Of a stretch of DNA of 64,000 bases, positions 1-12,467 are shown in pieces (position 1 is the first letter of the stretch; every line of letters starts with the position of its first letter). Position numbers and translations under genes: made by a program. Source of the DNA: Antedon mediterranea (Eukaryota; Animalia; Echinodermata); assembly GCF_964355755.1 (NCBI RefSeq), contig NC_092676.1, positions 20,106,871 through 20,170,870 of the forward strand, given 5' to 3'. Under the pieces are notes generated by a model. It was given only the letters and a program-made list of their open reading frames with translations. It was not told the origin of the DNA and made no database searches.

Positions 1-925
1 GTTTTGGATCAAACTATCTGGAAAACATACTCCCATATAATAAATGTTGCAGCCAGTAATCAGCACAGTGTTTTGACCTATACAAGGTACCCAACACACT
101 GAACCACATGCCCTTACATACTGAAAAGTTTATCCCTACATTCTGATTACCTATAGTTATATTCAAATAATATTCTCAATCATCTTCAAGGTTCATAAAC
201 ATTTGTAGCCAATTAACAGGCGCCAAAATAATTTAGTGAAGTTCACAGTATTTTATTGGACCTTGCAAATACATGACGTAAACCTCTTTTGAAGCTGGGG
301 CTTAACTCCTATTTTCAATTTAAATTTTACAATTTATCATAACAAATATTACCAAATTTATTATTTTATTTTCATTAATTACTTTATGAAATCCTTTTAC
401 AAAATCATGTCCTGTAGTTTACGATAAACTGGCTCTTGAGTTTGTAGCTATTTTAAAACATGACTATATATGGTGATTCTAGGTCAATTGCACACTTAAA
501 GACACCACTGACATAAAGTAGCATATTACTCATAATGGACCAGCTTGGAAAATGTCTCCATGAATCCAAAATGAGTATACATATGTCATTTCTATTTAAT
601 TGCATTAATTCTCATGGTAATTCAAATTTTGTAAGTTCATTGGTATTTATTATAAGTAGTAGAGCAGTGTTCCTATTAAAAATTCAACGTGCCATTTAGC
701 AGATTGCGTTTTAAAAGCACACTACGTTCACATTTTATGATGGCTTAAACAGCTAATTGCCTGTTTGTTACATTACACAACATTTGATTTAGATTACAGT
801 GTATAATGTCTTAAATAATTCACAATTGTTGTACTTTGTGAAATGACAATTATAATATTTTATATGGTTGAATGTACAGAAACTAGACAATATCTACAGT
901 ATATATATAATTTAGAAACCTGAGC

Positions 926-968
926 TGCCCTGACGAGATCTAATAAGATCGAAACAGTTCTGTCTGCA
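926..968 (+). ncRNA. Type I hammerhead ribozyme-like motif
   Basis: CTGACGA (930-936), stem II GATC-TAATAA-GATC, GAAAC, stem III ACAG-TT-CTGT, GTC cleavage triplet (962-964); stem I is imperfect (tgcc/tgca). Flanked by short (TA)n runs, as in Penelope-like elements. Confidence 0.6.
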
Positions 969-2919
969 AATATATATATATATCAATATCACAGCCATTT
1001 TCCTCTTTACTTTGGGACCATTTGTTACAGTATGTTTGTAATATTTATTGTTATGTCATAAAACAAAATATAAATACAAGATGAACTTGGTAACTTGACC
1101 ATTTTGCTTACTTTACTGTAGCCAAATCCAACTATTGCTTGTGGCTAAAATACTCTGCAGCTTCAGAACATACAGACACTTTAGAACCACTTATTTGGGA
1201 TACCCCTACAAATAAACACAGCGAACAATGTACTGTATCAATGAAGAGCAAATGTATATTTTAAACACTATATGACCAATCTCTATTCAGGGACATTTTC
1301 CTGAAAGTCACAATACAGTATAATGGAATTTTCTGATTTTATTTCACTATACCTAGCATAAAAAAGGAGGGGGGAGGCGTAGCTGTAGTGTTTGATCTGT
1401 ATCCACCCCTGTTTTGCATTGAATCAAGAATGATTAGTATAATATATTATCATAGAATGTATTTGAAGTAATTTACTAAAATGCGAAATAAAATATTTTA
1501 GCTTTGAGAACAAAATATCAAGGAAAATATGAATGGAACCTTGTGAGAGAAAGTCCTACAAATCTACCCCACCCACTCAAACTTGATCAATTCAATCCCT
1601 GATCCCTCAAATCCCTAATCCATACAAGATTTCCCATTGGGATAAGTTGTCTCCGCTGAGATTTACTTCGTAAATTTCTATGTGTCATCCACCTAATGCA
1701 GTACAGCACGCAACATGCGAATGACATGACACTGTGTACGATAACTCACAAAAAAAAACAAGAAATGAGTGGGAGAAGAATAATTTAAACCATATTTATA
1801 ATTTAGTACTAGAAGCACTTTATAAGATCTGATTAATATTTTATTCTAAATATGTACCCTCCAATTCTCCCCCTCCGTGAGCTTTCGCTTCGTGAATTTT
1901 GAACACATCACGGACTGTACAAGAGCTTCAATCCAAACTGGAAGTGTGACCATGTTTCTTCAGGTCAAGAGAAACGGAGACTTGGACTTTGGTGATCTTT
2001 ATTTTAATTCAATTTCTTCGTCCATATAATAGGCTAATTAAATACATTAGTATCAAACTATCATGTTATAATTCTATGTCGTAATGTCTCCACATTACTA
2101 AAAGAAATGAAATACTACTACTATGAAAGTTCCCACATGAAGGTGTGGTTGTTGACTAGTCCATTATGGTACAGGGATGTTCTAGGAACTTTTAACTTTT
2201 CGTATTTACAGTAAGCCCTCCCTCTGAAGAGCATGGGCTATTTTTGGTTTTATCCAGGTAAGCTAGGCACGAAATAGACAATCAGTACAAGGACCTAACA
2301 GAAGGTGTTAGTAATTAGGGTCTTTTTAAATGTGGGCAGGGATAAGAGGGGGATATTATATGGGTAGTGTCGTGGACGCCATTTTCTCCCTTTTCCTTGA
2401 ACATCTTTCACTTTTGTGCTTTGCAATTTTTGGCATTTTTTGTTTGCACTTTAAAAATTCAAAACCATTAACCTGCTTTTTATAATAGGATAATCTATAA
2501 TTTAATATTTGAGATTTACCAGTCAATTTGTGCGACATACAACAACCAAAAAAAGACAACTGCTATTGCCGGGAAATACTGTCACAAATTGCCAACATCC
2601 TGAATGAAATTTTCAAGGATAAAAACGTTATAAATGAAATTATTTCTCGATGAATATAAAAACCAATTATAAATTATATTCCTTTATGTTTAGGATGTGC
2701 TTCCTAATTTGTTAAACTCTTTGTTTCCATAGAAAATGTAAACGTTTATTTATTTTAAACTTTTTATTATTTGATTAATTAAATTAAATCACTGAATAAC
2801 AGGTGACACCATTTTCAAAGAGCAAACAAGAAATGTGGAAATAATTTGAATGATTGCAATAATTGCATAATTATAAAAATATTATAATCAAAGGCTATAT
2901 AACAAAACTTATAATGTTG

Positions 2920-3988
2920 AGTGGAAAGTTAAATTAACAACTAGAATATTTACTTTTTGAAAATATATAAGCCAAATGGTATGGTTCAGTATGTCGACTA
3001 TCGCTACAACAATTTATTTAATATTCGTAATCCACAACGTGTTACTCGTAGCTCTTCTTCTGTTGGTACTCTTTTTGATATTCGTCGCTGCAGAACTGAA
3101 TCTTCTTTTCAATCATATATCCCACGTGTTACCAGAATTTGGAATAACTTACCCAGTGAAATCCGCAACTTAAATATTTCTGTTAGTTCTTTTAAAACCA
3201 AATTACTTAATTATCTCAATATTTATTTTTTAAATAATTTTGATATTGAAAATGTGTGTAGTTGGTCGCTTTCTTGTCGATGCTTTTATTGTAGAACGTA
3301 ATTTATTTATTTTTCTCTGTTCTGGGTTGACCAACTAGCATAGGTGTTTAGCACCTGTTTGGTCTTTCCGTGCCTCCTTTTATAATTGTTTTGTCTTCTT
3401 ATGTTTATGGCAGAAATTGAATAAATAAATAAATAAATGATGATATTCCAGTTGTTGTATCAACTCGATATATACCACCGTTAAGATCTGTCCAGTACAG
3501 GTAGTTTCTATAAATATCAATTCTACGCGGACGCTTTCCAGCAAGAATTAATCTTCTGTTAGAGTGGAAAGTCCTAAACTAACAACTAGAATATTTACTT
3601 TTTGAAAATATATAAGCCAAATGGTGGAGTAAGTCGACTATCGCTACTTTGCGTTGATGATATTCCAGTTGTTGTATCAACTCGATATATACCACCGTTG
3701 AAATCTGTCCAGTACAGGTAGTTTCTATAAATATCAATTCTACGCGGACGCTTTCCAGCAAGAATTAATCTTCTGTTAGAGTGGAAAGTCCTAAACTAAC
3801 AACTAGGATATTTACTTTTTGAAAATATATAAGCCAAATGGTGGAGTAAGTCGACTATCGCTACTTTGCTTTGATGATGTTGTATCAACTCGATATATAC
3901 CACCGTTGAAATCTGTCCAGTACAGGTAGTTTCTATAAATATCAATTCTACGCGGACGCTTTCCAGCAACAATCAATCTTCTGTTAGA
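2920..3988. repeat. Local triplication (~215 bp) of the 3' end of the YWTD exon
   Basis: Near-identical blocks (gagtggaaag...actagaatatttactttttgaaaatatataagccaaatgg...tctacgcggacgctttccagcaa) at ~2920-3560 (split by the LINE), ~3561-3778 and ~3779-3988. Confidence 0.85.
3006..3437 (+). mobile_element. 5'-truncated CR1-group LINE 3' end
   Basis: ORF 2957-3301 has an RT C-terminal tail (RTESSFQSYIPRVTRIWNNLPSEIR...SFKTKL...SWSLSCRCFYC), followed by a 3' UTR and an (AAAT)n tail at ~3417-3437. It interrupts one copy of a local tandem duplication. Confidence 0.8.
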
Positions 3989-4050
3989 TACGTCAAGGTT
4001 AGCTTCTTCAATTACATTCTGTATTCCATCACACCAATACATCTTTCCAT
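3812..4050 (-). CDS. LDL-receptor class B (YWTD beta-propeller) terminal exon of an LRP-like gene, possibly a pseudogene
   Basis: Acceptor ttttag|at at 4050. Translation DGKMYWCDGIQNVIEEANLDVSNRRLIVAGKRPRRIDIYRNYLYWTDFNGGIYRVD...PFGLYIFKK* has two YWxD repeats. A degenerate upstream exon (WRTDMGFDKIERSK|gt) lies at ~5557-5608. Confidence 0.65.
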
Positions 4051-4203
4051 CTAAAATATATAAAAGCTGTAGTGATTAGCGGCTGATTCTATTTAATTAT
4101 GATTATGATCTTAACGCAAAAAAAATAGTTTCGATATCCACTCCCATATAGTTACCGTAGGATAGTTTTTAAAAGTTGTTTGAAAAAAACTCAAATTCAA
4201 AAT

Positions 4204-5545
4204 TTATTGGTTATCCGCAACCGTAAGGTATTGCGGATAACCCTTGTTATTGTAAAGATCTTTTTTTTCTTTCATCTTCTTTGTTCTTCTTTCTTTCCCA
4301 AATTTTTGTTGCACGCATATCTCTCATCCTTGTCAACATAAGATTGTATAACTTTGTCATAAGATTGACCTGTAGCTGTAGATGTGCAGGAAACTTTGTT
4401 ATATGACGTTAGATTCGCGTAGCGTAAGTTACGCGCGATTTTATGAATTTCAATGATTGGTCATAGATTATAAACAAAAGTCATTTTGTATTGACACTTG
4501 GTTAAAATTTAAGTCATATCAAGGGCAAACTTTCTATGGATTAAAAATGGCATGTTTCACAAGAAGTTACGCGCGCACGCGCATTTAAAGTTTCAAAATG
4601 AGCAAAATTAATTTCTAATCAACTTTCTATGCTGATCATGACATTTTGAGCATGTCAAAAATTCCCGCGCTCGCAAAAAAATGTACGCGTATGGTGCGCA
4701 CGGAGCATGAAAATCATGTTTTTTTCTCTTGAATTATGATTTTCCAACCTTTCCTAGTCATTTTAAAAAAGATTGACATCATTTGAAATTAAAATGACGT
4801 CATACGAACACGTTGATTTATACCATTTGCGTGCGTTTTAGTTGAAAAAGTTATAAATATTGTCAAAATAATGCCAATTTTGAATCTACTATAGCTCCTC
4901 AGGATTATCCACGACCCCCAATTTTTAAAATTTTATATGTAAGTAGATATGTTGTAGATATGAATTCATGCAGAATCTTTACCCCTCAAATGTTATGACG
5001 TCATCGTATGGCCACACGAATGTAAAATATAGGGTTTTTTACTCTTTCGTTATTGCTCATCACATTAAATAGAGCGCATCTCACTTTTACATGCCCAAAA
5101 TTCTTCAAATTTGTTTTAATGTAATTATTTAGATAATTATCTTCTAAAAATGTTATCTTTATATGTCAATTTGATGACATCATCGTGTTAATAATTGGAT
5201 TTAAAAGATGGGTCTCGTAATTTTGTCTATACTACACTGTATATAACATATACAGTTTAGTCTGTAAAATACTGTAATATGATATATGCTACATAAATAG
5301 GTACAATTCAGCACTGTAAACATATTTATTTCATGTCATAGGATGGCATAATAATTGTTGAGGTTCATATGGTTAAGTATGTGCATGTTTAATCTATGAG
5401 CCTATCTACGTTTAATAGTGGTCTACAACATATAGTATCATTATATAATTTGCATATATTTATGACTCATAACTTACTTGGAACTGCTAAAACAAGTCCG
5501 GTTGGCCGATGAAGTCCAGTGGTCACTAAATCGGTTCTTGTACTA
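4204..5545 (+). mobile_element. Putative non-autonomous DNA or Helentron-like element in the intron
   Basis: Begins with hairpin GGTTATCCGCAA-ccgtaaggta-TTGCGGATAACC followed by a CT-rich tract, the layout of DINE/HINE-like elements. The right end is uncertain. Confidence 0.35.
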
Positions 5546-6520
5546 ATGTTATTTACCTTTGATCGCTCTATCTTGTCGAATCCCATATCAGTCCTCCAGC
5601 ACAGTTATCTAATTAAATATAGTATGTATTTTTATGCGTATAATCTATACACTAAGAAATAAATTGAACAAACAATACAGATAAAAACAATTTAGAAAAA
5701 TCTAAATTGGTTTTGTTTCCTGAGGCGAGACCTGATCTCAGTACCTTGAATGCTATAGACATGAGCACAGACCACCGAGCCATACACAACTGACTAAAAG
5801 TATTTACTATGCAGTAACAACTTTGGTGCAGATAGATTATTACATACCGCAATGAATTATAATTTTTTACTATGATGACATCTTTAAAAAATTGTTTTCA
5901 AAATGACGCACTGTCAAAGTTTATACTTTTAACTTTAATATATGAACATTTGAAAGGAGAAAGTTAATGTTAAGTTTGTTATTTCGGTCCAAGAAAATGT
6001 CATAGTTTGTTTGATTGTCGAAATTAATTTTTTTAAATTTAATATGAAAAATTAATGATGATGTAATCAACTTTGTTTCTATTAATTTCATAATAAATCA
6101 TACATACAGTACACTTTAAGAAAATTAAATGAAAAATAGGATGTATCAAAAATAGATTTTGTTCCATGTGCGTAGCCTGTCACTTTTAACATGCTCGTAT
6201 AACATAGTTTCAAGTTGAAAAGTGAATAAAATATGATAAAATTGGTTGTAAAACAGAAATCATGTAAAAAGAGAATGCATCACAGTTTAACGCGCAGTGC
6301 GCATGTAAAATTCTGCGCACTCATGGCAATTTTTAAAATTGCCTGAAACATACTCTAATTTCATCGAAAAATTGTAAGCGTGCGTACGCATGTGTTATAT
6401 GCGCTACGCAAATATTTGACAGTAAACATCAGTACATCCATGATTTATAAACTGTATAGTCACAAACTTATATTAGAGACTGTATTGATTGTAGTGTGCT
6501 ACAGTATACATCATTCATTT

Positions 6521-7925
6521 GGGACACCCTATTCAAGGGACACACTAGTATTAAGGGGAAACCCTATTCAAGGGACACACTAGTATTAAGGGGAAACCCT
6601 ATTCAAGGGACACCCTAGTATTAAGGGGAAACCCTATTCAAGGACACCATAGTGTTAAGGGGACACCCTATTCAAGGAACACCTAGTGTTAAGGGGACAC
6701 CCTATTCAAGGGACACCCTAGTGTTAAGGGGACACCCTATTCAAGGGACACCCTAGTGTTAAGGGGACACCCTATTCAAGGGACACCTAGTGTTAAGGGG
6801 AAACCCTATTCAAGGACACCCTAGTGTTAAGGGGACACCCTATTCAAGGAACACCTAGTGTTAAGGGGACACCCTATTCAAGGAACACCTAGTGTTAAGG
6901 GGACACCCTATTCAAGGGACACCCTAGTGTTAAGGGGACACCCTATTCAAGGAACACCTAGTGTTAAGGGGACACCCTATTCAAGGGACACCCTAGTGTT
7001 AAGGGGACACCCTAGTGTTAAGGGGACACCCTATTCAAGGGACACCTAGTGTTAAGGGGAAACCCTATTCAAGGACACCCTAGTGTTAAGGGGACACCCT
7101 ATTCAAGGAACACCTAGTGTTAAGGGGACACCCTATTCAAGGAACACCTAGTGTTAAGGGGACACCCTATTCAAGGGACACCCTAGTGTTAAGGGGACAC
7201 CCTATTCAAGGAACACCTAGTGTTAAGGGGACACCCTATTCAAGGGACACCCTAGTGTTAAGGGGACACCCTATTCAAGGAACACCTAGTGTTAAGGGGA
7301 AACCCTATTCAAGGAACACCTAGTGTTAAGGGGACACCCTATTCAAGGAACACCTAGTGTTAAGGGGACACCCTATTCAAGGAACACCTAGTGTTAAGGG
7401 GACACCCTATTCAAGGAACACCTAGTGTTAAGGGGACACCCTATTCAAGGACACCCTAGTGTTAAGGGGACACCCTATTCAAGGAACACCTAGTGTTAAG
7501 GGGACACCCTATTCAAGGGACACCTAGTGTTAAGGGGACACCCTATTCAAGGAACACCTAGTGTTAAGGGGACACCCTATTCAAGGGACACCTAGTGTTA
7601 AGGGGAAACCCTATTCAAGGACACCCTAGTGTTAAGGGGACACCCTATTCAAGGAACACCTAGTGTTAAGGGGACACCCTATTCAAGGAACACCTAGTGT
7701 TAAGGGGAAACCCTATTCAAGGAACACCTAGTGTTAAGGGGACACCCTATTCAAGGAACACCTAGTGTTAAGGGGACACCCTATTCAAGGAACACCTAGT
7801 GTTAAGGGGACACCCTATTCAAGGAACACCTAGTGTTAAGGGGACACCCTATTCAAGGAACACTTAGTGTTAAGGGGACACCCTATTCAAGGGACACCTA
7901 GTGTTAAGGGGACACCCTAGTGTTA
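6521..7925 (+). repeat. Minisatellite, 34-35 bp unit, about 40 copies
   Basis: Unit GGGACACCCTATTCAAGGAACACCTAGTGTTAAG with minor variants and no unique spacers. Confidence 0.95.
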
Positions 7926-8015
7926 TTCAGTGGATACTCCTATAAAGGGGACACTCTTTAATGAAATGAATGCCACTAGGCCAGACCATATAGGTATAGG
8001 CATACTGTAGTCTAC

Positions 8016-11000
8016 ATGATGTGTTCGACCGGGCTACGTGTGCCGCTACTTATTTTGAACTTATTTCTTGGCCTCTATTTTTCAAGTTTTAATATGGGAT
8101 TTTCATCCAGAAATCAATGGCTAAGGCCAGTCGATGGATACTCTGAGCCGGTAAGCTGCAACATTCCTAGCATCGTTGTATGTAAATGTTGGAATTTGTA
8201 TCTATGCGGTCAAAGCAGTACGACTACGAGTGTTGTTGCATTCCAACGTAGCAGCAGACCGTCAAGGAAGATCTACAGTGCACCACGTTTGCTCTATTCT
8301 AATTCCACTGTTACATTCTGTATTCTTTTAAGTGGCGATGTTGAATCGAATCCAGGTCCAGGTAATACTCAGACATCTTCAGTTAAGGTATACTATCAAA
8401 ACGTACGTAGCCTGAAGAATAAAATGGACGTATACAACTCAGATCTGAATGCACACCTAATTCAGAGCAATTTGGGTATTGTCGCACTTACGGAAACATG
8501 GTTAAACTGCAACGTGCTCGATTCTGAACTTTCCGTTTCTAATTACACTTTATTTCGACGCGATAGAGATACTGATAAACGCGGTGGTGGTATCCTGATG
8601 CTAGTGAATAACAAATTTACCTGTAACCGAGTGGAACGCCTAGAAAGTGATTCAACGGAGTTCATGTGGATAGAGATTCAGCTAAAGCGGCGTATTAGCC
8701 TACTTGTTGGATTATTCTATAGACCACCAAACGCTACACCCGATGTCCTCCGTCGTTTTACTTCGTCTGTGGAAATCGCTATGCTCTACTACAAAAACAG
8801 TGAATTCCTCATTCTTGGAGATTTCAACCTGCCCGAAATTAATTGGAGTAGCAACCCTTATTCTGCTCCAGCTCAGTCCATGGGAGAACACTTACTTGAT
8901 GTATTGCTTTCTAGCTGTGGCCTATTTCAATGCAATACGTACTGTACAAGAATGGATAAAATGCTTGATCTTGTTATTTGTAGTAAAAACATTTCCGACA
9001 AAGTCTATACTGCTAACGATATTTTTTTATCTGACCACTCATCTTTGAGAATTGATTTCCGTTTAAATTTTGTTGTTAATTGTAGTAATGATAATTTGAA
9101 TCGTAAAAGTATAATTTACAATTTTAAAGCACTTGATGTCAATAATCTATGTAATACTCTTAACTGTGTTCCATGGAGTGTCTTAATTGATTTTGAAGGT
9201 GATTTAAATGAAGCTTTGGATATGTTTTATAATTTGTTAAATGCTGCCGTCAATGACACAGTGCCTAAAATTAGAAAGCGCAGAAAGCTTCCTCCGTGGT
9301 TTGACAATGAGTTGAGAAGTGCGCTTCAACTCAAAGAAAAGTATTATAGATATCTGAAAAAAAATAATAATCGGTTAGCCCAAAGTAATTTCAAATTTGC
9401 TCGTGCGTCTTTTAAAAAAATGTGCAATAAAAAGTACAAAGATTACTTGGACTCTTTGGCTAAGCAAATTGTCACTAACAGTAAAAGATTCTGGAGCTGG
9501 ATGAAAACTAAATACAAGTCAAATAATCTTCCTTCTGTCATGAGTCACGATAACATTTCATTCCAGTCTAATTATGATAAAGCTACCACATTTAATTCTT
9601 ATTTTCATTCTTTTTTCAGTGAGCCTTCTCCGGACGTTCCCCGGGACTATCCAGGTCTTCCTGACTATGCGGTGGATAACTTAAGTTCTCTGTCTGTGAA
9701 TCAGCATTCTGTGGAAAAGGCACTTAGTAACATTGATATCAATAAAGCTACTGGCATTGATCAGATTAGTAACGTTGTCTTAAAGGGTGCCTCCTCCTCA
9801 CTCTCTTATCCGCTTTGCAAATTGTTTCAGCTATCTATTAATTCTGGGGTTTTTCCTTCATCTTGGAAACACGCTAATATTGTCCCAATTCACAAGAGTG
9901 GTCCCAAAAAACTAATCTGTAACTATCGTCCTATTTCGTTATTGCCTACTATGTCCAAGATTTTTGAGCGCATTGTGCATGATGGTTTGTCATCACATGT
10001 TGCTAATGCTTTAAGTCCTAGGCAGCATGGTTTTGTCTCTGGGAGATCATGTCAAACCAACCTCGCACTGCTTCTTGCTACATCATACGATGCAATTAAC
10101 AGCAAGAAGCAGTGCGATGTGATTTACACTGATTTCTCTAAGGCTTTTGATTCCGTTTCCCATGATTTGCTTATTTTTAAACTTTCAAAATTTGGTTTAT
10201 CCGGTTCACTGTTAAGTTGGTTTAAAAGCTATTTAACTAATAGACAACAGCGTGTTGTCATTGGGGGAGAGACATCTGATTGGCTCCCTGTGTTATCGGG
10301 CGTTCCGCAGGGCTCGATCCTGGGCCCGCTTTTGTTTAATTTATTTATCAACGATCTTCCTTTAAAATTTAATCATTCCGAGTCTCTTTTATTTGCTGAC
10401 GATCTGAAATTGTTTAAAGTGATTACCACTCCACAGGATGCTTTTTCACTTCAGGAGGATCTGGATGGTCTCGTGGAATGGACGGAGAAGTGGGGGATAA
10501 AACTTAATGCTAATAAATGCAAATATTTATCTATAACACTTAAAAAAAGGCCTGTGCTCTTCAATTATAATCTGAGTGGACATGATCTTGAGATGGTTTA
10601 TGTATGGAAAGATTTAGGTATTTTTATTGATAGTAAATTAAATTTTTGTTCACATATTAATCATGTGTTGTCAAAAGCTAATAGAATGATGGGCTTAATA
10701 TGGAGAAATTGTAGGTTTATGAACGACGGCAGGGCACTTTTATCTTTATACAAATCTATTATACGTCCTCACCTTGAATATTGTTCCGCAATTTTCAATT
10801 CAATTTCTCCATGTCAGGCCCGTCGAATCGACACTGTTCAACGGAAGTTTGTTCGATTCCTGTCTTATAACTGTGTTAATTTTGCCTTTTCCATTGATTC
10901 TGTCAGCAATCGTCGAACGATATCTGATATGGTTTTTTTATATAATATTTTAAATTCTAAATATGACTGTTCATTAATTTCACTATTTAGTTTAAATGTT

Positions 11001-11192
11001 CCTGGTCGTACACGAAATAGACATTTATTGCATATTCCTTTTAGCCGTGTCAACTGTACTAAGAGGGGACTTTTTCATAGACTACCTTATACATTTAATA
11101 ATCTAAATAGCAATCATATCGATATTTTTAATGATAGACTTGGTTATTTTAAGAGGACGATGATGTGTTCACTTCTTGAACAGCCTGCATAA
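8016..11192 (+). CDS. Non-LTR retrotransposon ORF (AP endonuclease + reverse transcriptase) with N-terminal 2A-like peptide
   Basis: Uninterrupted 1058 aa. APE motifs YYQNVRSL, ALTETWL, YRPP, ILGDFNLP, LDL, SDH. RT motifs YRPISLL, QHGF, DFSKAFDSV, GVPQGSILGPLLF, FADD, DLGI. 2A motif LLSGDVESNPGP at aa 104-115. Confidence 0.95.
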   Translation: MMCSTGLRVPLLILNLFLGLYFSSFNMGFSSRNQWLRPVDGYSEPVSCNIPSIVVCKCWNLYLCGQSSTTTSVVAFQRSSRPSRKIYSAPRLLYSNSTVTFCILLSGDVESNPGPGNTQTSSVKVYYQNVRSLKNKMDVYNSDLNAHLIQSNLGIVALTETWLNCNVLDSELSVSNYTLFRRDRDTDKRGGGILMLVNNKFTCNRVERLESDSTEFMWIEIQLKRRISLLVGLFYRPPNATPDVLRRFTSSVEIAMLYYKNSEFLILGDFNLPEINWSSNPYSAPAQSMGEHLLDVLLSSCGLFQCNTYCTRMDKMLDLVICSKNISDKVYTANDIFLSDHSSLRIDFRLNFVVNCSNDNLNRKSIIYNFKALDVNNLCNTLNCVPWSVLIDFEGDLNEALDMFYNLLNAAVNDTVPKIRKRRKLPPWFDNELRSALQLKEKYYRYLKKNNNRLAQSNFKFARASFKKMCNKKYKDYLDSLAKQIVTNSKRFWSWMKTKYKSNNLPSVMSHDNISFQSNYDKATTFNSYFHSFFSEPSPDVPRDYPGLPDYAVDNLSSLSVNQHSVEKALSNIDINKATGIDQISNVVLKGASSSLSYPLCKLFQLSINSGVFPSSWKHANIVPIHKSGPKKLICNYRPISLLPTMSKIFERIVHDGLSSHVANALSPRQHGFVSGRSCQTNLALLLATSYDAINSKKQCDVIYTDFSKAFDSVSHDLLIFKLSKFGLSGSLLSWFKSYLTNRQQRVVIGGETSDWLPVLSGVPQGSILGPLLFNLFINDLPLKFNHSESLLFADDLKLFKVITTPQDAFSLQEDLDGLVEWTEKWGIKLNANKCKYLSITLKKRPVLFNYNLSGHDLEMVYVWKDLGIFIDSKLNFCSHINHVLSKANRMMGLIWRNCRFMNDGRALLSLYKSIIRPHLEYCSAIFNSISPCQARRIDTVQRKFVRFLSYNCVNFAFSIDSVSNRRTISDMVFLYNILNSKYDCSLISLFSLNVPGRTRNRHLLHIPFSRVNCTKRGLFHRLPYTFNNLNSNHIDIFNDRLGYFKRTMMCSLLEQPA

Positions 11193-11392
11193 CCTGTTTT
11201 AATTGAAATTGTTTATGGCATGCCAATCTATGTTTTATATATATATATATATATTTTATCTGTATTTTATTGTTAACCGTTTTTGATGTTGTATTGTTTT
11301 ATGTTTCAAACCTGTTAGTGGCGGTATTTATCGCTGTTGGTTTTGATTGAATAAAATAAAAAAAAAAAATAAACAAAAAATTAAAAAAAAAA
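8016..11392 (+). mobile_element. Near-complete CR1-group LINE
   Basis: The intact ORF above, a ~160-bp 3' UTR and an AATAAA/A-rich tail at ~11350-11392. No clear TSD; the 5' end is approximate. Confidence 0.9.
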
Positions 11393-12467
11393 TATATACA
11401 GTATATGTTTTTTTAAACTACCGCCAACCCCTTAAGGTTCCAAATGTGTATTTTAATATGCCTGAACACTATGGTGCAGTACTACTGAGAAATATCATTT
11501 TCAGTCACTATTTTCAACACTGTTTAATGAAGTGAAAGTAAAACATTTAATCATTTTAAATTGAGTATGCTAATTTAATTGAGATAAATAGCTTTCCATA
11601 CTTTCAGTTTTCAAAGTGATTTTAAAGAATGTGTCTTAATTTTGTAATTTATAATTTTATGTAGAATTCTGCAATTAGCCCTACAGTCTGAATTTTCCAC
11701 TGCAAGGCAAATAAATATTTTATATTTATAACCAGTTTTTTTTAAATTTTCATTTTACACAGACTGTGTGATTCTCAAATTTAGTCAAAATGTCAAACTG
11801 CCCTCTCATGAATAATAGACAAAATTAAGGAAATCAAACACACGCACAGGATTGTTAATGTTTTTCTTAGGATTTAATATTCAACAATTATTTTATAATA
11901 AAAAATAATAGGTATTATTATAATATTATAGTTAGGCATAGATATATTTACTCTATGGATATAGGCCTTGTAAAATACAAACAATGACGTCACCATCACA
12001 TTATGATTCACAGCATCAGAAATAGTGTAGGCCACAGCTACAGTACAGCAGGATGTATTCTACTAGACCTATCTAGATGCGTTGATATCTTTTTTAATTT
12101 GCTAGCCCCATCATGGCTATAGTCGACTAAGTCGGGATATGACCGGTTGGACCGCCAACAAGTTGAGCCGCCGGTGATTTCTATGAAACGTCCAGTGCAT
12201 GCGTCTTTTACGACATTTCGCGTAGTAATTAAGGCGGTGTCCTAGTACATAAGTTCATAGTCTTGGTTTATTGTGTCATGAAAATAAATAATATATAATT
12301 ACATATTACAACAACACAGCAAAGGAAAGTAGTAATATTTAATAATTTAATTGTTTTTAATCTTTCGAGGGAAAAATTCAGCGCACTCCATAATTGTTCT
12401 CGCGTGTAGGCCTAGCACGTAAAGTCACGTTGTCTCTCAGGACTAATTAATAGAGTATTAACATTCT

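Noticed and set aside
6521-7925. CRISPR array (34-bp repeats)
   Set aside because: Units are contiguous with no unique spacers, there are no cas genes, and the context is eukaryotic. The same applies to the 21.6-kb and 55.3-kb arrays.
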